Shown here piece by piece: positions 24,625 through 37,525 of a DNA stretch of 64,000 nt (position 1 is its first letter; the number at the start of each line of letters is the position of its first letter). The DNA is from Massalongia carnosa. Taxonomy: Eukaryota. Below the pieces are notes generated by a model. It worked only from the letters and a program-made list of their open reading frames with translations. It did not search any database and had not been told where the DNA came from. A program made the translations under genes and the position numbers. The stretch covers positions 620,001-684,000 of the forward strand of contig OZ287080.1 in the NCBI GenBank assembly GCA_965645245.1, in the 5' to 3' direction.

Positions 24625-25242
24625 TAGGGGGATCTCTGGAAAGGGAAAGGGGCGGGAGAATGTGAAGCAGACATGAAGCATCTCAAAAGGAATGCACACT
24701 TAGTAGCTCCTATTAATAAAAGCGCCAGACGTATGCTTCTTTTATGCCCGCAAAACTCGGGCAGCTGGTCGAATCCCCGCTATTCCACTTCAGGGTTCCT
24801 TTTCCTATTACGTAAGCTGTGCTCTGTAAAGATAAACGAGACTTGCGCTGCAGGGGTGTTGTTAGGGTTCGAGCTGCAGCAGTCGGGTTCAGGGCGGTCA
24901 CAACAAATAGACCCCAACAAAAAGGGCAGATCTGGAAACTGCGTTCCTTACCATCAACTTTGCATTTTCAGCTTCCCGTTACCTAGGCGTTGATGCTGTA
25001 GCAGTTGACTGTGACGAATCAATCTCTGTTCTGACCAACTGCTTGGGAAACACCACAATTTGTCTGTACTCCGTAAGCTGAGAGGAAGTCTTCAACCAAT
25101 CAGTTTACCTGGTCGTTTGCTCCTGAACCCCTGGTCGTTGCTCTTCTTCCATCTCGTCGTACTCGTACCTTGTAGATCCTCTCCAACAACACCCAGTTGA
25201 TGACCCCACCAATCATATAGGGTACTAGGCTCGCTCTCCAGT

Positions 25243-28200
25243 ATGGCTGCCCTGACTGAATCGGACGGATCGGAAGATGTGAACGATTTCTTGTTACGGA
25301 TCCGAGAACTGGGCGATAGACGTGATAAGGAAGATGAAGAACGGACGAGAAGGTTGGAGGAAGACATCTTTCAGGGCCGTAAGGAAAGGGAAGCTCGAAG
25401 GGCCGGTATGTCAACATAGGTGTCACTTGCAACCAACATCGTGGTGTTGTGATGGCGTGATAGGGCGGTAGGCTAATGATTCTACCGTCAGAACGTGCCA
25501 GATCGCTGTCTCCAACGAAAAGCTCCTCCAACGCCGGCACCCCCAATTCAGTACATTCGTCCTTGAACATATCGATGCATGATGATGGGAACATATCTCC
25601 TCTGGATTTTCAGCAGCCGGCGACGTCAAGCGACGCCAGGGTGGAGGGCGATTTTCGAAGTTCACGCGCCCCTTTGAAACCCAATGTGTTGGAGAACAGT
25701 GGATTTTCCGGAAATCTACCGCAGCCAGCTTTAACGCCTCCCACCCACTCCAATGTATTATCGAGTGCATCCACAATCCCAAAACGCGCGGGTACACTTT
25801 CCTGGCAGCAGAGGCCTTCATCACGAGGCTTTACGGGAGCGCGTAGTCGTCCCTTGTCCATGGTTGGTGCTGAGATGAAAGTGGCTGAATCCCCGCTCGT
25901 GAACGTCAACCCGACATCTACAAAAGAGAGTAGTTTATCAAGAAACAAGATTACACAGTCTCTCGGATCAAAAGATCCAGCTTGGTTCAGACAAACTGAA
26001 GAGCGAGGGATTGGATCAGCCGCATTTCGGAGGAACAGGGAAGAAGATCGGCCGAACAACACTTCGTTGAGCGGAAGAATGCCATTACCAGGTCTTTCGA
26101 AGGAATCAAGCCTCGAACCTGAGAAACTATTGACCTTACCTTCGGAGAGCTTGCGCTCAGTGTCACCTTCAACAGGAAAGTCGGTACATCGTGAATCTGG
26201 GGGCTTACACGGATATTCAAGCTCCGCCTCAGCCTCGTCACAAGGAGGGATTCGATCACCTCTACCAACCTTGAACAGCCAAAGGTTTCAACCCCCATCT
26301 TCTGATGCAGGTTCCACATATAGTGAAGAAACCTTAGCCGCTGCTCGAACACTTGCAATGTCTCCCTCCCAAGGCCGTATTTCTGTAGAGCGTTTGGATC
26401 GATCCCCATCACCTACCAAAGGTCTTGGAGGCTTTGTGCAAAGCGCAATGCTCAAGCGCTCCGATAGCGTCAACAAGAGATGGAGTGCCCAGGCAGCGCC
26501 CCGCCTGAGTAGAGGTAACTCAATAGCGAGTACCCGTAATGGATATGATGGCTCAAGGCAAACAATTGATGGAATGAATCCAACCAAAGAGTTCAGGCCG
26601 GCCAGTCCTAACCGCGAGAGCTCTCCTCTTTCAATTTCAAGGCCCGGGTCTAGTCATAACACAGTAACTGTCACGCAATCCAGGACTGAGACCGACAGGT
26701 CGCACATGGGTATCTCAGTAGAAACTAAAAAAGCAGAGACTGATATAGATAATGAGTTTGTGAAACCTGCCCTACCGCATTTGAAGAGTTCACCTACAAC
26801 AGAAAGCCAAAAAAGCAAATTCGGAGATATCAGCGATACCTCTACACCTTCGAGTCCAAGTAAAAAATGGAGCCCCACAAAGGCAAGCTGGCTCGAAAAT
26901 GCTATCAAAAAACCCGACTCTCCTAAACCTAAAATATTTCCTCCTCAACAACCAAGTTGGATGACGGACATCAACAAAGCAAAGCAGCAACGAGCGAGTG
27001 TAGATCTTGGAAGGAGCGAAGCTTTCAAGGAGGTTACCGATGAGGGTTTGGGCCGCCCGACACCGCCCAAGATCCCAACTATATCTCAGAGCGCTAAGTT
27101 GCCCCCCAAAGGGCTTGGTGCCACAAACGTGGCAGCCCCTAAATCGAAGGTCGCGAACAACGGTACTTTGGAAAGGGAGCCTCCTCTGGAGCTCAAGGTG
27201 AAAAACGAGCAGGAAGCCCTGGGTCGGACACCATCTCAGGAAATGACGGATGAAGAGAAGGTGAACGTTGAGAAGAAAGTAATATCTGCCCTGAAGCCAA
27301 AACCCTCAGTTCCTTCAACATCGAGCATCGAAAGCCTCCACGTGAGGGCTCACCTAGGGTCTCCTTCGACACCCAAACCCAAGCCTCGAACTCCTCCAAA
27401 ACTAGATTTTAGATCAACGCTAAAACCACGGCGGGTCTCCAATGGCAAGGAATGCAAAGAGGAGGCGGAATTTAAGAATGTTTTTGGCAAGCTCAAAAGA
27501 ACGCAAACTCAGAATTACGTTGCGCCGGATGAACTCAAAGATAATATTTTGAGAGGAAAGGCTGGACTGGCCATGACCGGGGGGCCCCAGAAAACAAAGC
27601 GTAAAGATGAGTTTAAGGAAAGCATACTAAAACAGAAAGAGGCAATAAAGGTAGGCGCCTCGCCCGGCATTCCAAGAAAGCCAAGAGGTATCAGTCCACC
27701 AGGAGATCAGGATCTTCCAAAGCCCGAAGCTATTACCAAAAGAATCGGATTAGCAAAGTCCGAGAGCTCTGGCGGTGCCATTCTCAGCAATCGTGAAGAA
27801 TGGAAATCATCCGCAACGCCGGAGCCAATTGCCGAGTTGAAATCGGTGCGGAACATGCAACCGCCGGAAGTCTGTCAAAAGCAACCAAGCACTTTGACAA
27901 GCACACAAAAGGGACCCTCTGGAAACGGGAAGCCTGGGGATAAATTCAGTTCATCGTTGGCCGGGCTTCTCTCAAAAGGACCCTCTCCAACAGCAAATAT
28001 TGCCAAACCTAGTGTTTCAATGAATCCAAGTGTTCTTGCCAACGATGCATCAATGTCCAGCTTAGGAAAAGAAGACTCAGCAAGCGCGCCACAGCTCACC
28101 CACATAACGAAGACTCGAGCCAGGGGGCCGAAACGACGACTACCTGCAGCTGGAAGGCCTATATCAGTGACACCACCAATCGCCCCAGCCTCAGGTCTGA

Positions 28201-30435
28201 TAATGGTCGCCCACGTGGCGTCTCAGAAATTAGCTACGACAAACGCTTCTCAACTATCCCCCCCTGCCGGTAGCGAATCCGAGACGCGGCCCTTGGCTAA
28301 CATCTCCAACAATCATAGTAAGTCTTCTCAGCCACTCTTGCCTGGAAAACCATCGACCGGCATTTTATTGCTTGAGAAGGTCAAAACAATTTCACCCAAA
28401 GCAAACTCTCCAACTAAAGAAAATGCATTGTCTCAGGCGAAGCCTTCTCCTGTGGTAAATCAGAAACCTAGCTTATACCCTACCGATCCTCCTGTTAGGA
28501 AGCCATTGATTCCTTCAACCTCATCGCCTACAAATCCTCCCCAAAAACCACTTCACATCGGGGAGCTGATCCGAAAAGTCCCCGACACGGCAGCCCACCA
28601 GAATCAGCATCAGGAATCCGAAGATAAGGGAACATCATTTACTTCGGTTAAGGGGGCGATAGCTGTCTGGGGCAAATCTCCTTTCTCAGATTCACCTCAG
28701 CCCACTCGACCCAGGTCACCAGTCAAATTACCTACCCGCAAGGACGAGCAAAGTGCTTTAGAAATAGCTGGTCTCACCCCCGTTCGAGCTAAGGAGGAGC
28801 CTGTCGGTCTAGGGATTCAGACCGCGTTGAAAGAATCCCAAATATCAGCACCATTGGACCGTAACCTACCATCTCCACCAATGAGGTCGCCAGTATCGCC
28901 AAGATCGCCACCCTTGCCCGGAAAGAAGCCTGCATCTATTGCCAGCAGAGTTCCTTCCAGTACGCTACCGAGTCAGCCTATTGAGCGGAAGAGCAGAACT
29001 CAAAGGCATGAGGCTTTGGATGCTTCGCATATATTAAGTAGCTTCATGGGAGAGGCTATAGGCTCAACACCCAAAATCACCATTGACGCGCAGTCGGTCC
29101 TTGCCTCGCGTGCTTCAATCGATGGTTCAGATAAAATCAAAACACTTCGGAAGCAAATGTGGGAAGTCGCCGGTGATGCCAAATTATCGCCTGTTCCACC
29201 GCACCAGGAACACATTCTATTCGAAGAGAATCTGTATGTCTGCACCCATGTATTTGGCACTCTGGAAGGCACGAGAACGACCGAGGTTTATTTTTGGTAT
29301 GGCGATGGCGTCTCACAATCCACAGCAGAAGATGCCCAGCTTTTTGCTAGAAAAATAGCCAAAGAAAACAGTGGAAAGCTCATAATTGTTCAGCAAGGCC
29401 AAGAAACCTCAAACTTCTTCCAAGCGCTCGGAGGCATTGTCATTACCCGTCGCGGATCAGGCAGTTGTGCAGATTCGTCATCCAATGCTTCGGCCACCTA
29501 CATGCTTTGTGGCCGACGCCATGTCGGTCAGATTGCCTTTGACGAAGTTGACTTTAGCGCCAAGAGCCTGTGCAGCGGCTTTCCATACATCATATCTGCC
29601 CGCTTCGGAAAACTCTATCTCTGGAAAGGACATGGGTCCGGCGCCGACGAACTTGGCTGTGCCAGGCTGATCGGCATGGATCTGGGTCTTACAGGCGAGA
29701 TTGAGGAGGTCGACGAAGGACAGGAGCCAGATGCCTTCTGGGAATCCCTTCCTGGTGGCAAAGCACAAGATGTGGCAGCGGCTGAGAACGGCAATCTTCA
29801 GCACTGGCATCTTAAGGCCTCGTGCGAGAAATATGCCACTCGACTCTTTAGCGTCGATGTCGAGGCACCACGACCTAAATCGAGCTCTTCCGGGTTTATG
29901 TGGGGTAGAAGGGGAAGCGCGCCGCAGGAGGAAAACACGAGTTTGGCAGCACAGATCAGAGAGATAGTCCCGTTCACGCAAAAGGATCTTGCAAGCGGAG
30001 GCTTCTATATGCTGGATGCTTTCTTTGAGCTCTTTATGTAAGCTTTTTTTCGTTTTCTATTTTCCTTACGTTCGTCCTTTTCCGTTCTCTGTTCCTAAAC
30101 CTTTAATGAAGAGATATACTCACTACCGCCTCCACAGCATCGTTCCAACCTCCCGACACTCTCTTTCAACACCCCCCCACTACCCGCCAACCACCTCCCT
30201 CCGCGCCTCCATCCTCTTTGCGCAGGAATACGCTATCCTAAGTGCCTCCCTTGACGACCGCCCTTTTGTCCCCCCCTGCACCGTGATCTTCACGCCCGCG
30301 TTTCCGAATGATCCCAGGCCACGAACTACGCCACCGCAGGGCTTACGATGGGGCTTTCGGCGGTGGGATGATAGAGACGGAGAGGGTCATACGATTCTAG
30401 GGGGTGGGGATGTAGCACGGTTGCTTGGGATCTGA
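25243..30435 (+). CDS. DUF4045-type N-terminus + S/P-rich region + C-terminal gelsolin/villin-like repeats, about 1668 aa
   Basis: Exon 1 MAALTESDGSEDVNDFLLRIRELGDRRDKEDEERTRRLEE; introns 25406-25491 and 30038-30137; SPTKGLGGFVQSAMLKRSDSVNKRW; gelsolin-like EVYFWYG, QGQETSNFF, LYLWKGHGS, EGQEPDAFW. Confidence 0.87.
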
Positions 30436-30883
30436 GGTTTTGCTGCTTGGAGAGCTAGGTTGAGCGAGAAGCGAGGGAGGGCTGATAAGGTATCTTGTAT
30501 GGTGTTGAATAAAGACTTAGCTCGTGAAGCGCGATGGGTTAGGCGTAGGAACTGTATTGTAGATATTCTTCATGCATAGCAGCGGCGTTGTTGGCTAGCG
30601 TTGGATGGGGAGTTTGCCCACAAGACAAAAGCCACGCAACGCGTATCCAAGGAAATTTCCCGTTTACCGAAAAAGCTCTGAGCAGAATATCTCGTTCAGT
30701 TTCACTCTCACACCTAGGTAGCTAGCTAGCTAGGCGGGTGGTTTCCATTGTAAACTGATCACCCACCTCCCCGCAAATCGAATTCGTCCCGCTTAAGATC
30801 TTCCCTCTCTTTTTTGACGTCAAACCCTCTTCATAATTTTTAGTTATAGTAATTTAAAAAAGACGATTTTATCATATAAGACA

Positions 30884-31027
30884 GCCCCTATAGCTCAGTT
30901 GGTAGAGCGTTGCACTTGTAACCGGGGCATCTACCTTTCCTCTCATCCTTTAATTAGTGGAAATGTCTAGAATATGAATACCCGGTTAGCCATGCAAAGG
31001 TCCATTGTTCAAATCAGTGTGGGGGCA
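30884..31027 (+). tRNA. tRNA-Thr(UGU) with 71-nt intron (30921-30991)
   Basis: Acceptor GCCCCTA/TGGGGGC+A; D arm GCTC-AGTTGGTA-GAGC; anticodon stem TTGCA/TGCAA with CT-TGT-A; T arm CATTG-TTCAAAT-CAGTG; T-run terminator follows. Confidence 0.95.
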
Positions 31028-32030
31028 TTTAGTTTTTTTATTTTCAATTTTTGGGTGAATCGTTCGAGTTAAGGGTTATTTGTTTGTTTGTTGATTAGAT
31101 TGGTTTGGGGGGGGGGGGGGTCTGATTCTATTCCTCTATCGAAGATGGTGAATTTTGTGCTCGGGGTCCCGACAGGCGATACATATTAAACTGCCCAGCC
31201 AGCACTTCCTGTTTCGCCATGGCGCGACCCCCCAGTAGTTAATTACATAGCAACAAACGAAAGCTTTTGGTTATTTACTGTATATACGAGTGAGCCCGGT
31301 CAGCCGACTAAGTTATTATTGATCTATCTGTTTACCAACCCATAACTATATGCACATGCATGCACCAACAACAACAAGGCGAGTTCAGTGGACACTGGAG
31401 AAGCGTCGCTGCTAGATTCTTCGTTCGGCAAGAGGATACGTACCGCTACGATCGTTCTCCTTTCAGGATAGAGGAGGGTTTAGAAAAATAAGAATAATTG
31501 ACGCGAACTTACTTAGTCGAGATTACTAACTAAATGAGTAAGTACTTGTACATACACACATATCGTGTCGTTAGGCCAGAAACATGCGAATCTCTATCTG
31601 CTACGCTAGCTACTAGCTAACTGTTTGTTTATTGTATGTATCTGGGGTCAAGAGGGGTGCTGTTTTTTGAAACTTTGAGTGTGAAGATAATAAAATAACA
31701 AGCTCGACAAGGACTAGCAGAAAGAACCACTCCTGCTGTAGCGAGGAGGAGTGAGTGAGCGACAGGTGGGTATGCTCGTAAACGTTTAGATGACGCTGTA
31801 TACCTATGTAGTAAGTAGGAGAGTGCATGGGGGGGGGAGTGTATATGAGAGAGAGAGAGAGAGGGGGGGTGGAATAGATAACCAAAGACGGACAAACAGA
31901 CATCTCATACCGACCGACTTAGTTCCACCAGACCGCCCAAACCGGGAGATCTCATGTATGTAGCCCTCACTCACTTACTCACTCGCCCAACTAGCTAGCC
32001 AGTTAGATAACAAATGTCACCATCATAATT

Positions 32031-32065
<35 letters not shown>
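32031..32065. repeat. (ATC)n microsatellite
   Basis: About 11-12 perfect units; source of the spurious poly-Met ORF. Confidence 0.95.
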
Positions 32066-32325
32066 GATGCGAGCAGAGAATAAATAAATATTGCTGCGCT
32101 GAGTAAGTTGGAGGCACAATCGAATTGAATGAAAGGATGAGAGGATTTGAGATGTTGATAGAAAGATGAGTGAATGAATGATTGTGATTGTAAATGAATG
32201 AGCAGAGAATGAGGAAAGAAGAATATATGAAGCAGCATAGAAAGAGAAGAGAGAAAGAAAGAAAAAAGACAAGTGATTGGCTCTATAGAATTAAGCCTGG
32301 GGTTTGTGATTCCGAAACTCGACGT

Positions 32326-32353
32326 TCTGTCTGTCTGTCTGTCTGTCTGTCTG
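32326..32353. repeat. (TCTG)7 microsatellite
   Basis: Perfect tandem units inside an SSR-rich intergenic tract. Confidence 0.95.
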
Positions 32354-32565
32354 ATGAGTTGAAGAAGAGAAAGAAAGAAAGAAAGAAAGGAGTGGAATAA
32401 AAAATACCGGAAATAGAAAAGGGGAGCGGAATGAAAGGAGACAAGGGGGGGATAGATGAATAAATGTAGAGAAGAGGGAGCACATATAACCAGGCAAATA
32501 CTGAATTTTTGGGGGGGCTTAAGTGAAATAGAAAGAGTTATTTATGGTTATTCATCAATCAAAAG

Positions 32566-33167
32566 ATACCAAAAACGGACATTAGAATCTTGGGACTTCG
32601 AATCGACACAAAATTGAAATGGGGTCCGCACGTCAGATAGATACAGGAAAAATTGACAAAACAATTCAAGGCACTGACAAAATTTTCTACCTTCACATGG
32701 GGCGCCATCTTTTCAAAAGCTTGTCAAGTATACACCGCCGTATTCCGTTCGGTCATGACGTATGATTCTATCATATGACACACGTCAAAGGACATAAAAA
32801 AATCGAACGACATTTCAAACAAGCTAATCGTCATACAGAATAAATGCTTACGAATTATAGCTGGAGCATTTAAGACGATTCTCATATCGATACTGAAAGC
32901 GAAAACGTACATAGCCTCAATTGATATACATTTAAATCAATTTCAGGCTCAGGTTAGACATCGCTTGTGTTAGAAGATCAAAAGAAATTCATCATCAATG
33001 CATGCAACTTCATTGCAAACAAATTCAGAGGACGGACTGAACGAAAGCGAGCTTCTACGAATACTTCGAGAACGCTGAAATATGCATGAGTCAAGAAAAT
33101 AACATCAGATACACAAAAAAGCCTGATGCCGATAACGAATTCATCATGAGTCGAAACCTCTTCAAAT
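32566..33167 (+). mobile_element. Tad1-like LINE ORF2 relic, left part (5'-truncated, heavily mutated)
   Basis: Translation IPKTDIRILGLRIDTKLKWGPHVR*IQEK...TWGAIFSKACQVYTAVFRSVMTYDSII*H...QNKCLRIIAGAFKTILISILKAKTYI matches the post-RT region of fungal non-LTR retrotransposons; many stops, AT-rich. Confidence 0.85.
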
Positions 33168-33395
33168 TGTGACGAGGCGGCAACGGGGGGGCCTATTCAG
33201 GTGATGAAGGTGGTGGCATTGCTAGCTATGGCTATACTAGATAGACAAGACGAACACAAGGAAGAAAGCAGCAATTGCTGCAGAGATTTTCCATTTAACT
33301 CCCGGAACCCATTTCTTTCCTGAATGCAGTTAGCTCTCCACTAAGGCTAACGCGATACCTAAAACATTTAGCGTGTCGGGATGCATCGCTTAGCA
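33168..33395 (-). repeat. 3' LTR (228 bp)
   Basis: On + it starts tgtgacgaggcggc and ends cgcttagca; shares a 36-bp head and about 157-bp tail with 38807-39293. Weak PPT-like ccttgaagg just upstream on the minus strand. Confidence 0.88.
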
Positions 33396-33451
33396 GAGCA
33401 TCCTTCAAGGCCTGCTTCCACGCAGGCTTTATAGCTTCAGGACGGTGTGAG

Positions 33452-36400
33452 CTATCGTGGCTTGGCTGGGTATCGTTGATGAAATTCTGCTACCCTTTCC
33501 TTGGCGTTAGTAACATACTCAGCATACTCCCAGGTGGGGTCGTTCCAGCCCGTCCATTGCACCAGGTACTTTAGGCGGTTTCGAAATTTCTGAAGTCGAG
33601 AATTTCTTCAACCTCGTATTCTTCTTCGCCTTCGACTTCAACAGGTGGTGCGGGAGGGGGAATGTGATCGGGATGAGGGTGTTGCGGCACGGGCGAGAGA
33701 AGGGATACGTGGAACACAGGATGGATTTTCATGCCGGGGGGCAGCTCGAGTTGATACGCGTATTTGCTTACCACCTTAGATATCTTGAATGGACCCAGAT
33801 TTTTCCAGTCGAGCTTTCGAGCAGGTCTTTGAGTACGGATGCTCTTAGTACTCAACCGTACTTCGTCTCCTGCTTGGTAACTTGGTGCTGGTACGCGCTG
33901 TTCATTGGCTCCAGTCTCGTACCTGGCTTGCGCGAACTTCATCTCTTCCTGTAGCACTGACGAGATACCTTGCATCTTCTTGGCGAACTCCCCTGCGTTT
34001 AGACTGGCTGGGGATCGAGAGGGCTCAATCGATTCGAATCCCATTCTCGGATGAAATCCCATCTCGGCCAGGAATGGGCTGCACCCAGTCGTCTCGGACA
34101 CTACATTGTTCCCTGTGAATTCTGCCATGGGTAACCAACTTGCCCAATCGTCTTGAAGATAGTCCGTGTAGCTTCGAAGGTATTGTTCCATGGAGGCGTT
34201 TACTCGCTCGGTTTGACCGTCCGTTTCTGGATGAAAGGCCGTTGATAACAGGCTCTTGATACCCAGTAGTTGACAGAGCTTTTTCCAAAATTCCGATACA
34301 AAGAGGACTCCGCGATCCGATACTACGGTGCTTGGCAACCCGTGGAGTTTCCAAATATCTCGAAGAAAGAGTTCAGCCAGTTCCTGAGCATTGATCGTGG
34401 TGAGGCATGGAGAGAAGTGCCGTCGTTTCGATAGACGATCGACCACCACTAATATGGCGTCGAACCCACTACTTCCTGGAAGCCCAGTCACGAAGTCCAT
34501 CGAAATATCTTGCCAGCGGCGCTCTGGGACGGGTAACGGTTTCAAGACTCCCATTTTTCCTTGACGAGAGGGCTTGCTTCGTGCCTAACTTGACAATGTT
34601 GCACGTACCTTGCTACGAATTGATAGAATCGTGGCCAGTAATAGTGACGTTGCAGAAGATCAAAGGTCTTGGTTCGACCGGGATGACCGGCTACAAGGCT
34701 ATCGTGAACGGACTTGCAAAGTCTCATCTTCAGGGTGTGTGAGTCCGGAACGTATATCTTTCCTCGATAGTGCAGTCGGCCATCCATCTCTGTGCACTCT
34801 GCCAGCGAGATTTCCTTGGAGTGTCTAGCACCTGATCGTAATAATTCCAGAATTCTCATCGGAAAGAGGTCATTTTCCAATGCTTCTTGCCATAATTCTT
34901 CCAAGGTCTTGATTTCATCCTGATCTGAGGCGATTTCCAGAGGTTCACTTTGTTCCGAGGCTTCAACATTTTCTTCGAGAGGTTCATCTGCTAATCCGTT
35001 CGCTAGAAGTTCAAGATTTCGAGGTTTCAAGACCACTTGATGTTGAATTTTTATCCGTGGATCATCCTCCCCCTTCGGTAGGTCTTGAGACCTTCTAGTC
35101 AGGGCGTCGGGTTTTCCACCGCTTTTCCCTGGGCAGTACATGATCTGGAAATCGAAGCGGGAGAGATACTCGGACCAGCGTGCTTGACGACGACTGAGCT
35201 GTTTCGTTGTCATGAAGTATTCGAGATTCTTATGATCAGAAATGACTTGAACGGGAAAGGCAGCTCCTTCGAGCTCGGATCTCCATTCCTCGAAAGCTCG
35301 AATGATGGCCATGAGTTCCTTGTCATAGATCTCGTAATTGATTTCCGCGGGGGCGTGTTTTTTCGAGAAGAAGGCTACAGGGCGTGGAACTCCCTCGTCA
35401 TCGTACTGTGAGAGTATACCCCCCACTACCCAGTCGGAAGCGTCAACTTCTACCACGATTTTCTTTTCAGGATCGAAATGCATCAGAATGAGATCGCTAA
35501 CAAAAGCGTTTTTTAGCCTTTGAAACGCGGCCTCACACTCGGAGTTCCAAGAGAACACGGTCCCATTTTTCGTCAGTTTGATCAGGGGCGAGGCAATGGC
35601 TGAGAAACCCTTGACGAAGCGTCTATAGAAGTTTGCGAAGCCCACGAAAGCTTGAATATCCTTAATGTTCTTGGGTGTTATCCAGTCCTTGATCGTCTGA
35701 ACCTTTCGTGGGTCCATCTTGATTCCTTTGTCCGAAATGATAAGTCCCAGGTAAGTGGTTTCCGTGACGAAGAATTCACAATTTTCTATGTCCAGTTGCA
35801 GAGCTGCGGACCTCAAAGCTTAAAGAACTTCTCTTACGTGAATCTTGTGTTCCTTCCTTGATTTACTGTATACAAGAATGTCGTCGATATAGGCGGTGCA
35901 AAAGGCATCCAAATATTCTCGACGAACTTCCTTGATTTACTGTATACAAGAATGTCGTCGATATAGGCGGTGCAAAAGGCATCCAAATATTCTCGACGAA
36001 CGTCGTTGATATAGTGCTGAAAGGAGCCGGGCCCCCCTGAAAGTCCGAAAGGCAATACTTCATATTCGAAGAGACCGTATCTGGTCTTGAAAGCGGTCAT
36101 CCATTCTTGCCCCCTCTGCATTTGTAGCTTGTTGAAAGCCGCGATGATGTCAAACTTAGAGAAAATCATGGCCTTGGCAAGACGACCTAGTGTTTCTTGA
36201 ATCAGTGGTATTGGATAGCGATTCTTGATCGTGATCGCGTTCAGAGCTCGATAGTCTACACAGAAACGCAGTCCTCCCGACGGTTTTCGGGCGAATAACA
36301 CGGGCGAGGAGCAGGGCGAGGAACTGGCACGAATAAATCCTTTAGCTAGGTTTTCTTTCAAGTATTTCTGCAAGACTAGTAGTTCAGGAGCTGACATCTT

Positions 36401-37525
36401 GTACAGCGGGTCTGACTATGGTATGGCTCCTTCCTTGAGAACGATTTTATGATCGTAGGAGCGGTGCGGGGGTAGTTTATCGGCTTCTTGCTTGGAGAAG
36501 ACGTCTAGAAGATCGTGAAATTCCACGGGCACTATACTGGCGGGATCGATGATTTTCTTGGGCTTCAAGGACTTGGCTATATCTTCGAGGGACGAGGCGG
36601 AGAGATTGAATTTCTCTCTCGGATTTCTGAGTTGTTCAAGGGCTTTGTCAATTTCGTACATGGAGGCGGTGAAGATTTCGTTCTTCCGGTCCTTCATCAG
36701 GGTCGAGAATGGAGCGACTCCAACCATGTAAATGCTCATAGGTGAGGGATCGGGAGATTCTGTGCCGACCGTCATTGGTCGTGCGTTCGAGAGAGGTGGT
36801 TCAAGAAGTGTTCGGGATTCAGGACTTGAAGGAGCGTTTAATACACTGACTTCGAGAGTTCTAGGAGTCGAGCGAGAGACCTTGTTCTCACTGACTTTCT
36901 GGGTTTCAGGGGTTTTCATACAAGAGATCTCGTTCTTGCGTGATTCAACGGTTTTCAAGGACAGGGACGAAGCGGACTCAGGAGTCCCTTCAGATGGATC
37001 AGGAAGGCCAGAAATGACAAGAGGGACGAGTTTATTCTTTAAACACTCCTGGAAACAGTACGTGGACGAGAAGGTCAGGGTATTTTCAGTCCAACTGACG
37101 GAGGGGTCATGAATTTGAAGCCACTTGACTCCCAGGACGACAGGATAATGACCCAGTTGGGTAACTAAGAACGAGCCTTGCTCGGAATGACGGTTTATTC
37201 GCATCCTTGACTTGATCAGATGGGTGAGTTTTCCGGCCGCCGCGGGGCGACCATCGACTACTTCGAGGATACGAGGACGGACAAGAGGGGTGAAAGGCAG
37301 GGAATTGTTTCGCGCGAAGGATGAATCAATGAATGCGTAGCCCGAGGCGCCGCAATCAATCAAAGCATGGGTGTGTATAACTCGATTTTCCACAGAGAGT
37401 GCTATAGGTATGACACAATGTCTACCGTCTAACGAATCTTCTGAGAAAGAAAAGGCTGAAATCGACACAGGGACCCCTTCTGAACGTCTTCGGGGACGAC
37501 TTAGCCCGAAGACGACGCGTTTTCC
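33452..37525 (-). pseudogene. pol (PR-RT-RH-IN-chromo), disrupted
   Basis: Stops at 36416 and about 35820, 74-bp duplication in RT, frameshifts near 34585 and 33590. Chromodomain continues in a shifted frame: EYEVEEILD...[34 protein letters not shown]. Confidence 0.92.
35853..36001. repeat. Perfect 74-bp tandem duplication covering the RT YIDD motif
   Basis: cttccttgatttactgtatacaagaatgtcgtcgatataggcggtgcaaaaggcatccaaatattctcgacgaa occurs twice head to tail. Confidence 0.95.

Noticed and set aside
31140..31240. Sm-site-like aattttgtg and short GC stems after the tRNA
   Set aside because: No snRNA-specific sequence recognised.
31613..32497. Short ORFs including a poly-Met one
   Set aside because: Products of (ATC)n, (GA)n, (TCTG)n and (GAAA)n microsatellites.
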